A stretch of 52,018 nucleotides of DNA from an uncultured Chromatiaceae bacterium (GTDB lineage Bacteria; Pseudomonadota; Gammaproteobacteria; JAADHS01), in the NCBI GenBank assembly GCA_945787615.1, contig CALZJI010000152.1:1-52018 (forward strand). Reading direction: 5' to 3'. Below, one piece after another: positions 32,930 through 41,999 of this stretch (the stretch's first letter is position 1; each line of letters starts with the position of its first letter). The translations under genes and the position numbers were made by a program. The notes under the pieces are model-generated. The model was not told the DNA's origin. It did not search any database and worked only from the letters and a program-made list of their open reading frames with translations.

Positions 32930-33327
32930 GTATCGGCGTTGTATTGGTGACGCATGATGATGTTGGTTCTGTATTATTGAATACAGCCACGGCAATGCTG
33001 GGCATGTGTCCGTTAAACGTCGAACTATTGTCTGTGCGTCGCGGGGATGATCCTCAGCAGCTCATTGGCAAAGCGCAGCAAATTGTAGAAGAACTGGATC
33101 AAGGGGCGGGCGTATTGGTTTTAACGGATATGTATGGTTCGACACCTAGCAATGTCGCCAGCGCGTTATTAGCTACAGATAGCGTTCGCATCATTGCGGG
33201 CCTTAACTTACCGATGTTAATTCGCATCCTCAATTATCCCCGTTTGACTCTAGACGAACTGGTGTACAAGGCAGTGCAAGGAGGCCGCGAAGGTGTGATG
33301 ACATGGACCTTCGGGGCTAATACCTAG
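32926..33327 (+). CDS. PTS EIIA, mannose/fructose family (stand-alone)
   Basis: VVLVTH, VLTDMYGSTPSN, AGLNLPML. Confidence 0.9.
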   Translation: MSIGVVLVTHDDVGSVLLNTATAMLGMCPLNVELLSVRRGDDPQQLIGKAQQIVEELDQGAGVLVLTDMYGSTPSNVASALLATDSVRIIAGLNLPMLIRILNYPRLTLDELVYKAVQGGREGVMTWTFGANT

Positions 33328-33339
33328 ATCTAGCGCGTT

Positions 33340-33609
33340 ATGATTTGCAGGGAAATAACGATTATTAACAAATTGGGTTTGCACGCTCGCGCCGCGGCAA
33401 AATTTGTTACTATGGCTTCTGTTTTTGAGTGCGACGTACGTCTGGTGAAGGGCGAACGCGAAGTAAACGGGAAAAGCATCATGGGTGTGATGATGTTAGC
33501 GGCAGGGCGTGGTAGCCAGCTTGAGATTGTTGCCGACGGTAAGGATGAACAGCAAGCAGTATGCATGCTAACGGAACTTGTGGAAAAGCGCTTTGGTGAG
33601 ACAGAGTAA
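33340..33609 (+). CDS. ptsH: Phosphocarrier HPr/NPr
   Basis: GLHARAA (His15) and GKSIMG (Ser46). Confidence 0.93.
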   Translation: MICREITIINKLGLHARAAAKFVTMASVFECDVRLVKGEREVNGKSIMGVMMLAAGRGSQLEIVADGKDEQQAVCMLTELVEKRFGETE

Positions 33610-33868
33610 CCACAGCTCTGGCGCGCAATCTCAACGTTGATGGCAGGTCGTAAGATCGGAGCGGGCTTTACCACGCCATCAACTTCTTTACAAATCTCTG
33701 GGGAGAAGAAGGACGAGGATCCGCCAGGAAGGTCGGGATTAGGCGGAACACAGGATCTAGGCCGAATTTCTCCACGGTACGGGCGGATATACTGTAACCG
33801 TTTGTTTTAAAATAGATTTTCTCCTAACAAGGGGCCGAGGTCCGAACTAGAATGCACGGCGTATATCC

Positions 33869-33938
33869 GCGCGAACAAAAATCCGCCGGGAGCGGATTTT
33901 CGCGCAAGCCCCGGAGGGGTTAGGCGCAGGGATGCGTC
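33869..33938 (+). other. Three tandem hairpins, each with GGA in the loop
   Basis: AAAATCCGC-CGGGA-GCGGATTTT; CCCC-GGA-GGGG; GGCGC-AGGGAT-GCGTC. Confidence 0.55.
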
Positions 33939-34138
33939 GAAGAATATTTTTCGTGGAAATACCGCGTTCCCCCTTGTGGGGCGGGGGAAGGCAAGCTAGG
34001 GCGACCGGATCCGGTTTGAAATGTGGGCAATCCATGACGGGCACTAGGACAGGAAGTAAACACGAAAGGTGGTTGCCAGGGAGGGTGTAGGTGACTGAAT
34101 ACGATCTTTTGACGGTGAACTAAGGTCTCTTTTTAGCC

Positions 34139-35881
34139 ATGACGTTAGCGCTCTACGGACTGGGAGTATCGAGAGGGATTGCCATCGGCCAAGCTTACGT
34201 GTTGGCGCACGATGAACTAAGGATAACCGAATACAAAATCGCGGCCGATCAGGTAGACAAGGAAATCGCGCGATTTGAAGATGCCCTCGATACGGCACTC
34301 CAACAACTGCAACAGGTTCGCTACCAGATTCCAACTAACACCCCCGTTGATATTCAGTCATTCATTGATACGCATCTTTTGATGCTGAAAGATGCCGCAC
34401 TTGCTCAAGTACCCATAGATACAATAACAATGCGACGCTGTAACGCAGAATGGGCACTACAGCTGCAACGTGATGCACTGGTTAACGTCTTTGAGGCGAT
34501 GGATGATGCCTACTTGCGTACTCGCCGGGATGACGTGGATTTCGTTGTTAGCCGGGTGCAACGAATTTTGCTAAACAGATCCGAGCATCCGTCAGAACTT
34601 CTGGGCAATCCATTGCGCGATGCTATCGTGTTGGCCGATGATTTGTCGCCGGCGGACGTGGTGTTAATGCAACATCAGGGTATAGCGGCATTTATTACGG
34701 AGTTTGGTGGCACGACTTCCCATACCGCAATACTTGCTCGTAGTCTGGGTATTCCGGCGCTAGTGGGTGTGCACAACGCAAGACGTTACCTCAAAGATGG
34801 CGAGTTGTTGATTGTTGATGGTCGCCGGGGGGTGTTATTAGCAAGCCCCGACGACGCTATCGTGGAGTTTTTCATTAGCCGCCGACAGCAAGAGAGCGCG
34901 ACGGCCGCGGAACTGAATAAGCTAAAAGGGCGGCCTGCGATAACTCACGATGGCAAGAAAGTTAACTTGTTGGCTAACGTGGAACTGCACGAGGATCTCG
35001 TGGCTATCGAACGGGTTGCCGCTGAAGGTATCGGGCTTTACCGAACCGAAATGCTATTTATGAATCGTCCTGATCTGCCCAGCGAAGAAGAGCAGCTCGA
35101 GACCTACTTGAACGTGTTAAATGCTGTCAGTGGCGCGCCTGTCACGATCAGGTCTCTGGATATTGGTGGAGATAAAAACGTTACGTGGCCGCAGCAAAGT
35201 TGCAGCATTGTATCGAATCCAGCACTTAGCCTTCGGGGCATACGTCTATGTCTAAAGGAGACGGCGGTCTTTCGCGTCCAGCTACGTGCCATATTGCGGG
35301 CCTCGGCTTACGGCGAAGTACGATTGATGCTGCCCATGTTGAGCAATTTGGGAGAGTTAACGCAAGTAAGGCGGCTTATCGACACGGTAAAAAAGGAACT
35401 AACCGCTCAAGGCCTCAAATTCAATTCCAAACTCCCCGTGGGCGGTATGATCGAAGTGCCCGCCGCGGCCCTAAGCGCGGAAATGTTTGCAAAATACCTG
35501 GATTTTTTATCCATTGGAACGAACGATCTAATTCAGTATACGGTCGCAGCAGATCGTATTGATGATGCGGTGAGCTATTTGTATGACCCGTTACACCCAG
35601 GTGTTCTGCGCCTCATCAAAATGACGATTGACGCAGGAAACACTGTGGGGATTCCCGTCGCTATGTGTGGTGAAATGGCGGGGGATATTCGGTACACGCG
35701 TTTATTACTGGGACTGGGTCTGCGTGAATTTAGTATGCATCCAGCGTTTTTGCTCGAGGTAAAACGGCGGGTAAACAATAGTGACTTTGATCACCTTAAA
35801 AAGCAGGTGGGCGAGATATTGCCGGTTGCTGAACCGGCCGTGATTGTCGAATTGGTCGACACCTTGAACGACGACCTCTAA
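34139..35881 (+). CDS. ptsI: PEP-protein phosphotransferase (Enzyme I, no GAF domain)
   Basis: GGTTSHTAILARS, GIGLYRTE, SIGTNDLIQY, MCGEMAG; 580 aa. Confidence 0.93.
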   Translation: MTLALYGLGVSRGIAIGQAYVLAHDELRITEYKIAADQVDKEIARFEDALDTALQQLQQVRYQIPTNTPVDIQSFIDTHLLMLKDAALAQVPIDTITMRRCNAEWALQLQRDALVNVFEAMDDAYLRTRRDDVDFVVSRVQRILLNRSEHPSELLGNPLRDAIVLADDLSPADVVLMQHQGIAAFITEFGGTTSHTAILARSLGIPALVGVHNARRYLKDGELLIVDGRRGVLLASPDDAIVEFFISRRQQESATAAELNKLKGRPAITHDGKKVNLLANVELHEDLVAIERVAAEGIGLYRTEMLFMNRPDLPSEEEQLETYLNVLNAVSGAPVTIRSLDIGGDKNVTWPQQSCSIVSNPALSLRGIRLCLKETAVFRVQLRAILRASAYGEVRLMLPMLSNLGELTQVRRLIDTVKKELTAQGLKFNSKLPVGGMIEVPAAALSAEMFAKYLDFLSIGTNDLIQYTVAADRIDDAVSYLYDPLHPGVLRLIKMTIDAGNTVGIPVAMCGEMAGDIRYTRLLLGLGLREFSMHPAFLLEVKRRVNNSDFDHLKKQVGEILPVAEPAVIVELVDTLNDDL

Positions 35882-35910
35882 CCGGCATTTTTCGCGAGGC
35901 CGCGAATAAT

Positions 35911-36067
35911 ATGCCGCGGAAATACATAATTGTCCAAAGATTGCGCCGGATTTTAGCTCAGATTCAAGGCGCGGCAAGGGGCGCATAATCGCTTTATGTA
36001 ACCCTTGCAACACAGAAGCTGTGCCAAAAGACAAGCAAGATTGGATGATTATTTGTTTCCGCGGCCC
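35911..36067. mobile_element. MITE-like element family A, copy 3
   Basis: Same core as copies 2 and 4 with a 3-bp deletion; left tip decayed (ATGCCGCGG); right end TTTCCGCGGCCC then TTA. Confidence 0.85.
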
Positions 36068-36070
36068 TTA

Positions 36071-36327
36071 GGACTCGCGTCAAAATTAATTCACATTTTG
36101 GACGTCGATCCATCTCGCCTGGCTGCGTTGCCTACATGGACGTAGGTAAGGGGCGAGAGCACGCCTACAGGGACGACGCACATGGATGTGCTAGTGTCAT
36201 GAGAGGGCAGGAGCCCGAAGTGACCGTAGGTGGTAGGGCAACGCAGGACGCAGTTGCCGAGGACGCGGTAGCTTTGCCAGGCGAGCGCCTCAACGCCCAA
36301 AATGTAAATTAATTATGACGCCAGCCC
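36071..36327 (+). mobile_element. MITE-like element family C, copy 1, carrying six GGA motifs mostly in hairpin loops
   Basis: TIRs GGACTCGCGTCAAAATTAATTCACATTTTGG / CCAAAATGTAAATTAATTATGACGCCAGCCC; TTA direct repeat on both sides; inverted copy at 50420. Confidence 0.85.
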
Positions 36328-36369
36328 TTAGGTCTCCGGTTGGTTGTTCCGTCCTGATATAGTCCAAAG

Positions 36370-37728
36370 ATGTCTGAACAAACAGAAGTCGAAAACAGTC
36401 AAGAGCGGCTTAAAACGTTTAAGCGGGCGCTGGAGCGTCGTGCCTATTCGGAAGCTCGTTCAATCATCAACGGGCTGCATCCGGCGGAAATAGCGTTGTT
36501 ACTGGAGTCGCTGCCACCGGATGAACGCGAGCCCGCATGGGACTTGGTGGACCCTGATCATGGCGGGGACGTACTCCTTCATGTTAATGAGGATTTGCGA
36601 GCGGGATTTATTAGGGATATGGCGCATACCGAGCTGGTCGCAGCCACGGAGGGGCTAGAAACCGACGATCTCGCGGATATTATCCAAGATCTCCCGGGGC
36701 AAGTGATCCAAGACCTGTTGAAGTCGATGGATCACCAGGACCGGATACGCCTTGAGGCCGTTCTCTCCTATCCAGAGGACACGGCCGGTGGTTTGATGAA
36801 CACCGACACCATCACGGTTCGACCCGATGCAACGTTGGACGTGGTGCTTCGGTATTTGCGATCACGAGGCGAAGTTCCGGACATGACCGACAGTCTGATC
36901 GTGGTAGATCGGGACGATACTTTTTTAGGTATTTTGCTAATCACCGACCTATTAATCAAATCACCATTGGCGACGGTCGCTGATGTGATGACACGGGAAG
37001 TGGAAGCGATCTCCGCGCTGACTCCTGCTCACGAGGTTGCGACGATATTCGAACATCGCGATCTTATTTCGGCGCCGGTTGTTGACATAGCGGGCAAGCT
37101 CGTCGGCCGTATTACGATCGATGATGTGGTCGACGTCATTCGCGATGAGGCGGACCATTCGCTATTGAGTATGGCGGGACTAAGCGAAGAAGAGGACATG
37201 TTTGCGCCTGTCGTTGTGAGCGCGCGTCGCCGTGGTATCTGGCTGGGTCTAAATTTAGTGACGGTGCTGATTGCGTCATGGGTCATCGGCCTGTTTGAGG
37301 CGACCATTGAGAAAGTAGTGGCGCTTGCTGTGTTAATGCCTATTGTTGCCAGCATGGGCGGAATAGCCGGAAGCCAGACCTTGACTATCGTAATACGGGG
37401 CATGGCACTAGGCCAGATCGGGAACACCAACGCGCCATGGTTGATGGGTAAAGAATTAGCAGTCGGGGCGCTAAACGGAGTCTTGTGGGCCCTCGTAATT
37501 GCGTTGATTACCATGTTCTGGTTCGACGATTTTCAGATCGGCGTAATTATCGCGTCGGCTATCGTGATTAACCTTGTAGTGGGGGCGCTAGCAGGGGTTA
37601 CGATTCCGTTCGCTATGCGTAAATTTGGCGCGGATCCCGCTTTAGGCGGGTCGGTACTATTGACCGCAGTGACGGATGCGGTAGGCTTTTTTTGCTTCTT
37701 AGGGCTCGCAACCGTGTTTTTGCTCTAA
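36370..37728 (+). CDS. mgtE: Magnesium transporter MgtE
   Basis: N-domain, CBS pair (GRITIDD), MPIVASMGGIAGSQT, DPA...TAVTD. Confidence 0.96.
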   Translation: MSEQTEVENSQERLKTFKRALERRAYSEARSIINGLHPAEIALLLESLPPDEREPAWDLVDPDHGGDVLLHVNEDLRAGFIRDMAHTELVAATEGLETDDLADIIQDLPGQVIQDLLKSMDHQDRIRLEAVLSYPEDTAGGLMNTDTITVRPDATLDVVLRYLRSRGEVPDMTDSLIVVDRDDTFLGILLITDLLIKSPLATVADVMTREVEAISALTPAHEVATIFEHRDLISAPVVDIAGKLVGRITIDDVVDVIRDEADHSLLSMAGLSEEEDMFAPVVVSARRRGIWLGLNLVTVLIASWVIGLFEATIEKVVALAVLMPIVASMGGIAGSQTLTIVIRGMALGQIGNTNAPWLMGKELAVGALNGVLWALVIALITMFWFDDFQIGVIIASAIVINLVVGALAGVTIPFAMRKFGADPALGGSVLLTAVTDAVGFFCFLGLATVFLL

Positions 37729-37733
37729 GTTAG

Positions 37734-37891
37734 CCCGTGTTTCGCAATTCGAAGTGGGAAGATCGCGTCGGGAATTGGTTTCTCACGCTATTTTTGGAAG
37801 GAGCGGGATCGCTACGCTGTCTCCGACTGACAAAAATCGCGTGAGGAATAAAAGACCAAGCGAGGGCGCGGGGCGAATTCCGAAAGACGGG
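37734..37891. mobile_element. MITE-like palindromic element family D (single copy in window)
   Basis: TIRs CCCGTGTTTCGCAATTCG / CGAATTCCGAAAGACGGG (16/18), TTAG direct repeat at 37730-33 and 37892-95, internal stem CTCACGCTATTTTTG / CAAAAATCGCGTGAG. Confidence 0.7.
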
Positions 37892-37964
37892 TTAGCAATT
37901 TAGTATATAGTTACGCTACGTCGAGCGAATCTTGGCGTCGGCAATAATTTTTATCTTAGCCTAG

Positions 37965-39944
37965 TCAACTACTCCGGTTGACCTTTCCCAATAACAAATT
38001 GCCGTACCGATCCTTTTGACAATACCAGCCGGCGGCGACATAAGTTGTTGACACGGTTTCGGTAACAAGGAGCGGCCCGGGAACGCGTGTATCGACAGGC
38101 ATGTTGTCGCGATGCCACACCGCTACGGTGTTCTTAACGCCGTAGAGGGTCGCTTGAGCATAAGGCGCGGGATTAGGGTCGCAGGCACATGCCGGTTCCA
38201 GTTTAATGGCCGGCACCGGCCCACGAACGGCAACACGAACATTGACGAGCTCAACGGGCAGGGGTAGCTGGTGCCCATAACGTTGTTCATGAGCTTGGTG
38301 AAAATCCTTGTCAATCGCTGCCAGCTCAGACCATGGGAGAGTGAGTGTATACGATTGGCCCCGATAACGAAGGTCGGCGCTACGGGCCACTGTGAGCTCG
38401 GAGGCGGCAATGCCTTCTTCGGTTAATGCGACAGAACCTTCATGTTCCAACGCCTGAAACAGCACGGATATACGGGCGAGTGTAAACTCAGAGACGAGAC
38501 CGGTTACTGTACGCGATAAGTGGCGCGTCCGAGGCGCGACCAGCATGCCTAACGCGGATAGAACCCCTGCATGTAAAGGGACTATTGCTCGGGTCATACC
38601 CAGTGCCTCGGCTAGGGCACACACATGGAGTCCGCCAGCTCCGCCAAAAGAAACTAAGGTAAAGTCTCTTGGATCAAGACCGCGTTGCACGGAGATAACG
38701 CGTAATGCCTGCGCCATATGTTCGTTTGCTACACGTATGATGCCCATCGCCATTTCTTCTATAGTCATGCCTAACGGGTCGGCGCACTTCACGATAGCGT
38801 GGAAGGCGGCATCGATATCAAGCGACATCGAGCCGCCGAGGAAGGCATCCGGGCGCAATCGCCCTAACACGGCATTTGCGTCTGTGACTGTTGGCTGTAG
38901 TCCGCCGCGTCCGTAACAAGCAGGTCCTGGCGCCGCACCTGCTGAATCCGGGCCAACTTGGAGTAGACCCCCGGCATCGAGTTTGGCGATAGAGCCACCG
39001 CCTGCACCTATGGTGTGTATATCAACCATTGCGACGCCGACAGGATACCCGCCGATTGACCCTTCCGAGGTGAGGCGTAGGTCGCCATCGACCAATGAAA
39101 CGTCTGTCGATGTGCCGCCCATGTCAAACGTGAGCAGCTGATGATTGCCGCTGGCCGCCGCAATGGATTGCGCTCCCGCCAGCCCGCCAGCCGGCCCGGA
39201 TAACAACATACGGACAGCTTGCTTGCCTGCTTGCGAGGCCGAGATTGTCCCGCCGGAACTCTGCATTACGCTAATGGAGCAGCGAGGTAACTGATTGGCA
39301 AGTCGCGCCAAGTAACGTTCCACAATCGGCCCGACCCACGCGTTTAACCAGGTTGTCATGCCGCGTTCATATTCTCGATATTCTGGCAAGATGTACGATG
39401 ACCGCGAGACGAAGATGCCGTCGGGTACGATGCCCTCTATGGCACGTTCAAATCGCTCGTCAAGAAATGAGAACAACAAATTTATGGCCACCGCTTGAGG
39501 GGAGAGCTGATCGAGTTTCTGTTGCAGGTCGATTAGATCCTGTTCGGTTAACGGTTCGACGACCTGGCCACCGGCATCAAGGCGCCCGCCCGTTTCAAGG
39601 CAATAGGATCGAGGGACGGGTATGGGATTAGGGGCGGGCTGTAGCGCGTAGAGTTGGCGGCGAGCTTGTCGACCGATGGTGAGCATGTCACCGAGGCCGT
39701 GGTTGGAAATAAATACCGTTTTTACGCCTTTCCTTTCCAAGACCGCGTTCGTCGCTACGGTAGAGCCGTGAACGACATGCAATTGTTCATGAGGGATGCC
39801 AAGGTCGGCGATTCCTTCAAGTATGGCCGCTTCGGGGTTCGCGGGGGTCGACAACCGCTTATGAATACGTAACGAGTGTCCGTCGAATAGCACAAAATCC
39901 GTGAAAGTACCTCCTGTGTCGACACCAAGTAGCCATTTACTCAT
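37965..39944 (-). CDS. Hydantoinase/5-oxoprolinase subunit A family
   Basis: GVDTGGTFTD, HGSTVATNA, LSGPAGG, FDMGGTSTD, TIGAGGGS, FGGAGGLH; ATG start at 39944. Confidence 0.92.
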   Translation of the reverse strand: MSKWLLGVDTGGTFTDFVLFDGHSLRIHKRLSTPANPEAAILEGIADLGIPHEQLHVVHGSTVATNAVLERKGVKTVFISNHGLGDMLTIGRQARRQLYALQPAPNPIPVPRSYCLETGGRLDAGGQVVEPLTEQDLIDLQQKLDQLSPQAVAINLLFSFLDERFERAIEGIVPDGIFVSRSSYILPEYREYERGMTTWLNAWVGPIVERYLARLANQLPRCSISVMQSSGGTISASQAGKQAVRMLLSGPAGGLAGAQSIAAASGNHQLLTFDMGGTSTDVSLVDGDLRLTSEGSIGGYPVGVAMVDIHTIGAGGGSIAKLDAGGLLQVGPDSAGAAPGPACYGRGGLQPTVTDANAVLGRLRPDAFLGGSMSLDIDAAFHAIVKCADPLGMTIEEMAMGIIRVANEHMAQALRVISVQRGLDPRDFTLVSFGGAGGLHVCALAEALGMTRAIVPLHAGVLSALGMLVAPRTRHLSRTVTGLVSEFTLARISVLFQALEHEGSVALTEEGIAASELTVARSADLRYRGQSYTLTLPWSELAAIDKDFHQAHEQRYGHQLPLPVELVNVRVAVRGPVPAIKLEPACACDPNPAPYAQATLYGVKNTVAVWHRDNMPVDTRVPGPLLVTETVSTTYVAAGWYCQKDRYGNLLLGKVNRSS

Positions 39945-40233
39945 GTTTAATCCTGCGAGTTCCCCGTCTTTATCTTCCCCGATCGAACTTGTTTTCCGTG
40001 TAATCACGGACTAGCTACTATAATAATCGGGAGCATACGTGGTTTTCTACGCTTTTAGGGATTAATAGCATCTCATTGCCCTTAGATCACCGGGCGCCGA
40101 CAATTTGTATTCATCGGTGTGGATCCCGCTACGGGTGCCAATTCCCGGCTTATGCACCGCGCGCGCCTCCTCGTAATCGGTGTACAATCCCCGAGATATT
40201 GTCGGCACCGTCTTACCGAAGGAGCAAGCCTTC

Positions 40234-41202
40234 ATGACTACAACTGCTTTGGTGCGTGTTGTTAACCTGGTTCGTGATTACGGTACACTTCGCGCCGTTG
40301 ATGATTTGAGCTTTACTGTGAATAAAGGCGAAGTGCTGGGTTTGTTGGGACCGAACGGTGCAGGAAAATCTACCACCCTGCGGCTACTTAGCGGGAGCTT
40401 AGCACCGACAGCAGGCACTATATGGATTAACGAGTTCAATCTTTTTACTCAGCCAATATTAGCCAAGGCACAGTTAGGCTATCTCCCAGATAGGCCGCCC
40501 CTATACGGCGAATTGACCGTGGACGAGTATCTGCAATTTTGTGCGAGTGTTAATCGTATCCCGCGAAGTCAGCGGCGCAAGGCGGTTGATTTTGTCAAAG
40601 AGCGTTGCGGATTGACAAAGGTTGGCAAACGGTTATTGAGTCAGCTTTCGAAAGGGTATCAGCAGCGCGTTGGGATAGCTCAAGCCGTTGTGCATATGCC
40701 AGCGTTAGTGATTCTGGATGAGCCAACGGTTGGGCTTGATCCTATTCAAATAAAGGAAATAAGAACATTGATTCGTGAATTAGGCGGGGAACATAGTGTA
40801 ATATTGTCGTCACACATCCTTCCTGAAGTGCAAACGATCTGCGATCGCGTGCAAATTTTGAATCGTGGAAAATTGGCGTTTTCCGATACAGTCTCACAAT
40901 TACAACAGGCAAGTGACTTCCTTAACGTCGCTTTTCGCAATCCTCCATCTCGCGAAGCGCTGGAGTCCATTAGTGGCATAACACGCGCTGATTATCGACG
41001 GCCTAATCGGGTAAGGTTGCTGATTGAACCCGGGACAGACGCTGCGGAACAGCTTGTGCAGACGGCCGTGAATAAAGATTGGCGACTTTATGAGCTAACA
41101 CCGGAAAGTGTTTCGCTGGAACAGGTCTTTTTTGACATTGTAAGTGGGGATACCGGTGAGGCGTTTGCGGCGAGGCCCGAACACGGGGAGGGCTTGTCGT
41201 GA
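40234..41202 (+). CDS. ABC transporter ATPase, GldA-like
   Basis: GPNGAGKST, LSKGYQQRVGIAQA, LDEPTVGLDP; AAGGAG SD before ATG 40234. Confidence 0.9.
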   Translation: MTTTALVRVVNLVRDYGTLRAVDDLSFTVNKGEVLGLLGPNGAGKSTTLRLLSGSLAPTAGTIWINEFNLFTQPILAKAQLGYLPDRPPLYGELTVDEYLQFCASVNRIPRSQRRKAVDFVKERCGLTKVGKRLLSQLSKGYQQRVGIAQAVVHMPALVILDEPTVGLDPIQIKEIRTLIRELGGEHSVILSSHILPEVQTICDRVQILNRGKLAFSDTVSQLQQASDFLNVAFRNPPSREALESISGITRADYRRPNRVRLLIEPGTDAAEQLVQTAVNKDWRLYELTPESVSLEQVFFDIVSGDTGEAFAARPEHGEGLS

Positions 41203-41954
41203 TTCTAACGATAGCGAGGCAAGAATTGCGTGCTTTGTTTTTGTCACCCCTGGCGTGGGTGATCTTAGCGGTTGTTCAGGCGTTGCTGGGGTATATATTT
41301 CTATCTCAAGTGGAAAATTACATAGTCAACCAAGGGCAATTAGCCGCTATCACCGGTACACCCGGAATTACACGTTTCGTTGTGGCGCCGTGGTTCGGCA
41401 ATGTGGCGTTTGTGTTGTTTCTCGTCGTGCCCATGTTGACGATGCGCCTGATAAGTGAGGAACGGCGTAGCGGAACCATAGCGTTACTTTATTCTGCGCC
41501 CATTTCCATGACCGAGATTATTCTCGGAAAATATTTAGGTATTGTCGTATTTCTGGGGATTATGGTGTCGATGCTCGCACTAATGCCCCTGAGCCTGTTT
41601 TTGGGGGGGAGTATTGATATAGGATTGCTCGCCGCATGCCTTCTTGGTTTAACGCTATTAGTTGCAAGTTTTGCCGCGCTCGGATTGTTTATGTCATGTC
41701 TCACCGCGCAGCCTGTCGTTGCGGCAGTGAGTACGTTCGGATTGTTGTTGATGTTATGGGTTGTCGATTGGGGCGGTACTGCTAGCACGGGCGACGTGAG
41801 CAACTATTTGTCGTATTTGTCGTTGTTGCGTCACTACGAGCCGTTATTAAAAGGCGTTTTTGACAGCAGTGATGTGGTCTACTACGTTTTATTTATTAGC
41901 TTGTTTCTTGGTTTAAGCATTCGCCATTTATCGCGAAAACGACTCCAGCCTTAG
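41199..41954 (+). CDS. ABC-2 permease, GldF-like
   Basis: LFLSPLAW, PMLTMRLISEERRSGTIALL, LGKY; about 6 TM segments. Confidence 0.88.
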   Translation: MILTIARQELRALFLSPLAWVILAVVQALLGYIFLSQVENYIVNQGQLAAITGTPGITRFVVAPWFGNVAFVLFLVVPMLTMRLISEERRSGTIALLYSAPISMTEIILGKYLGIVVFLGIMVSMLALMPLSLFLGGSIDIGLLAACLLGLTLLVASFAALGLFMSCLTAQPVVAAVSTFGLLLMLWVVDWGGTASTGDVSNYLSYLSLLRHYEPLLKGVFDSSDVVYYVLFISLFLGLSIRHLSRKRLQP

Positions 41955-41999
41955 CTCAGTTGGCGGTAACATTGAGAGTGAGGAGAACAGGATAAGTCT

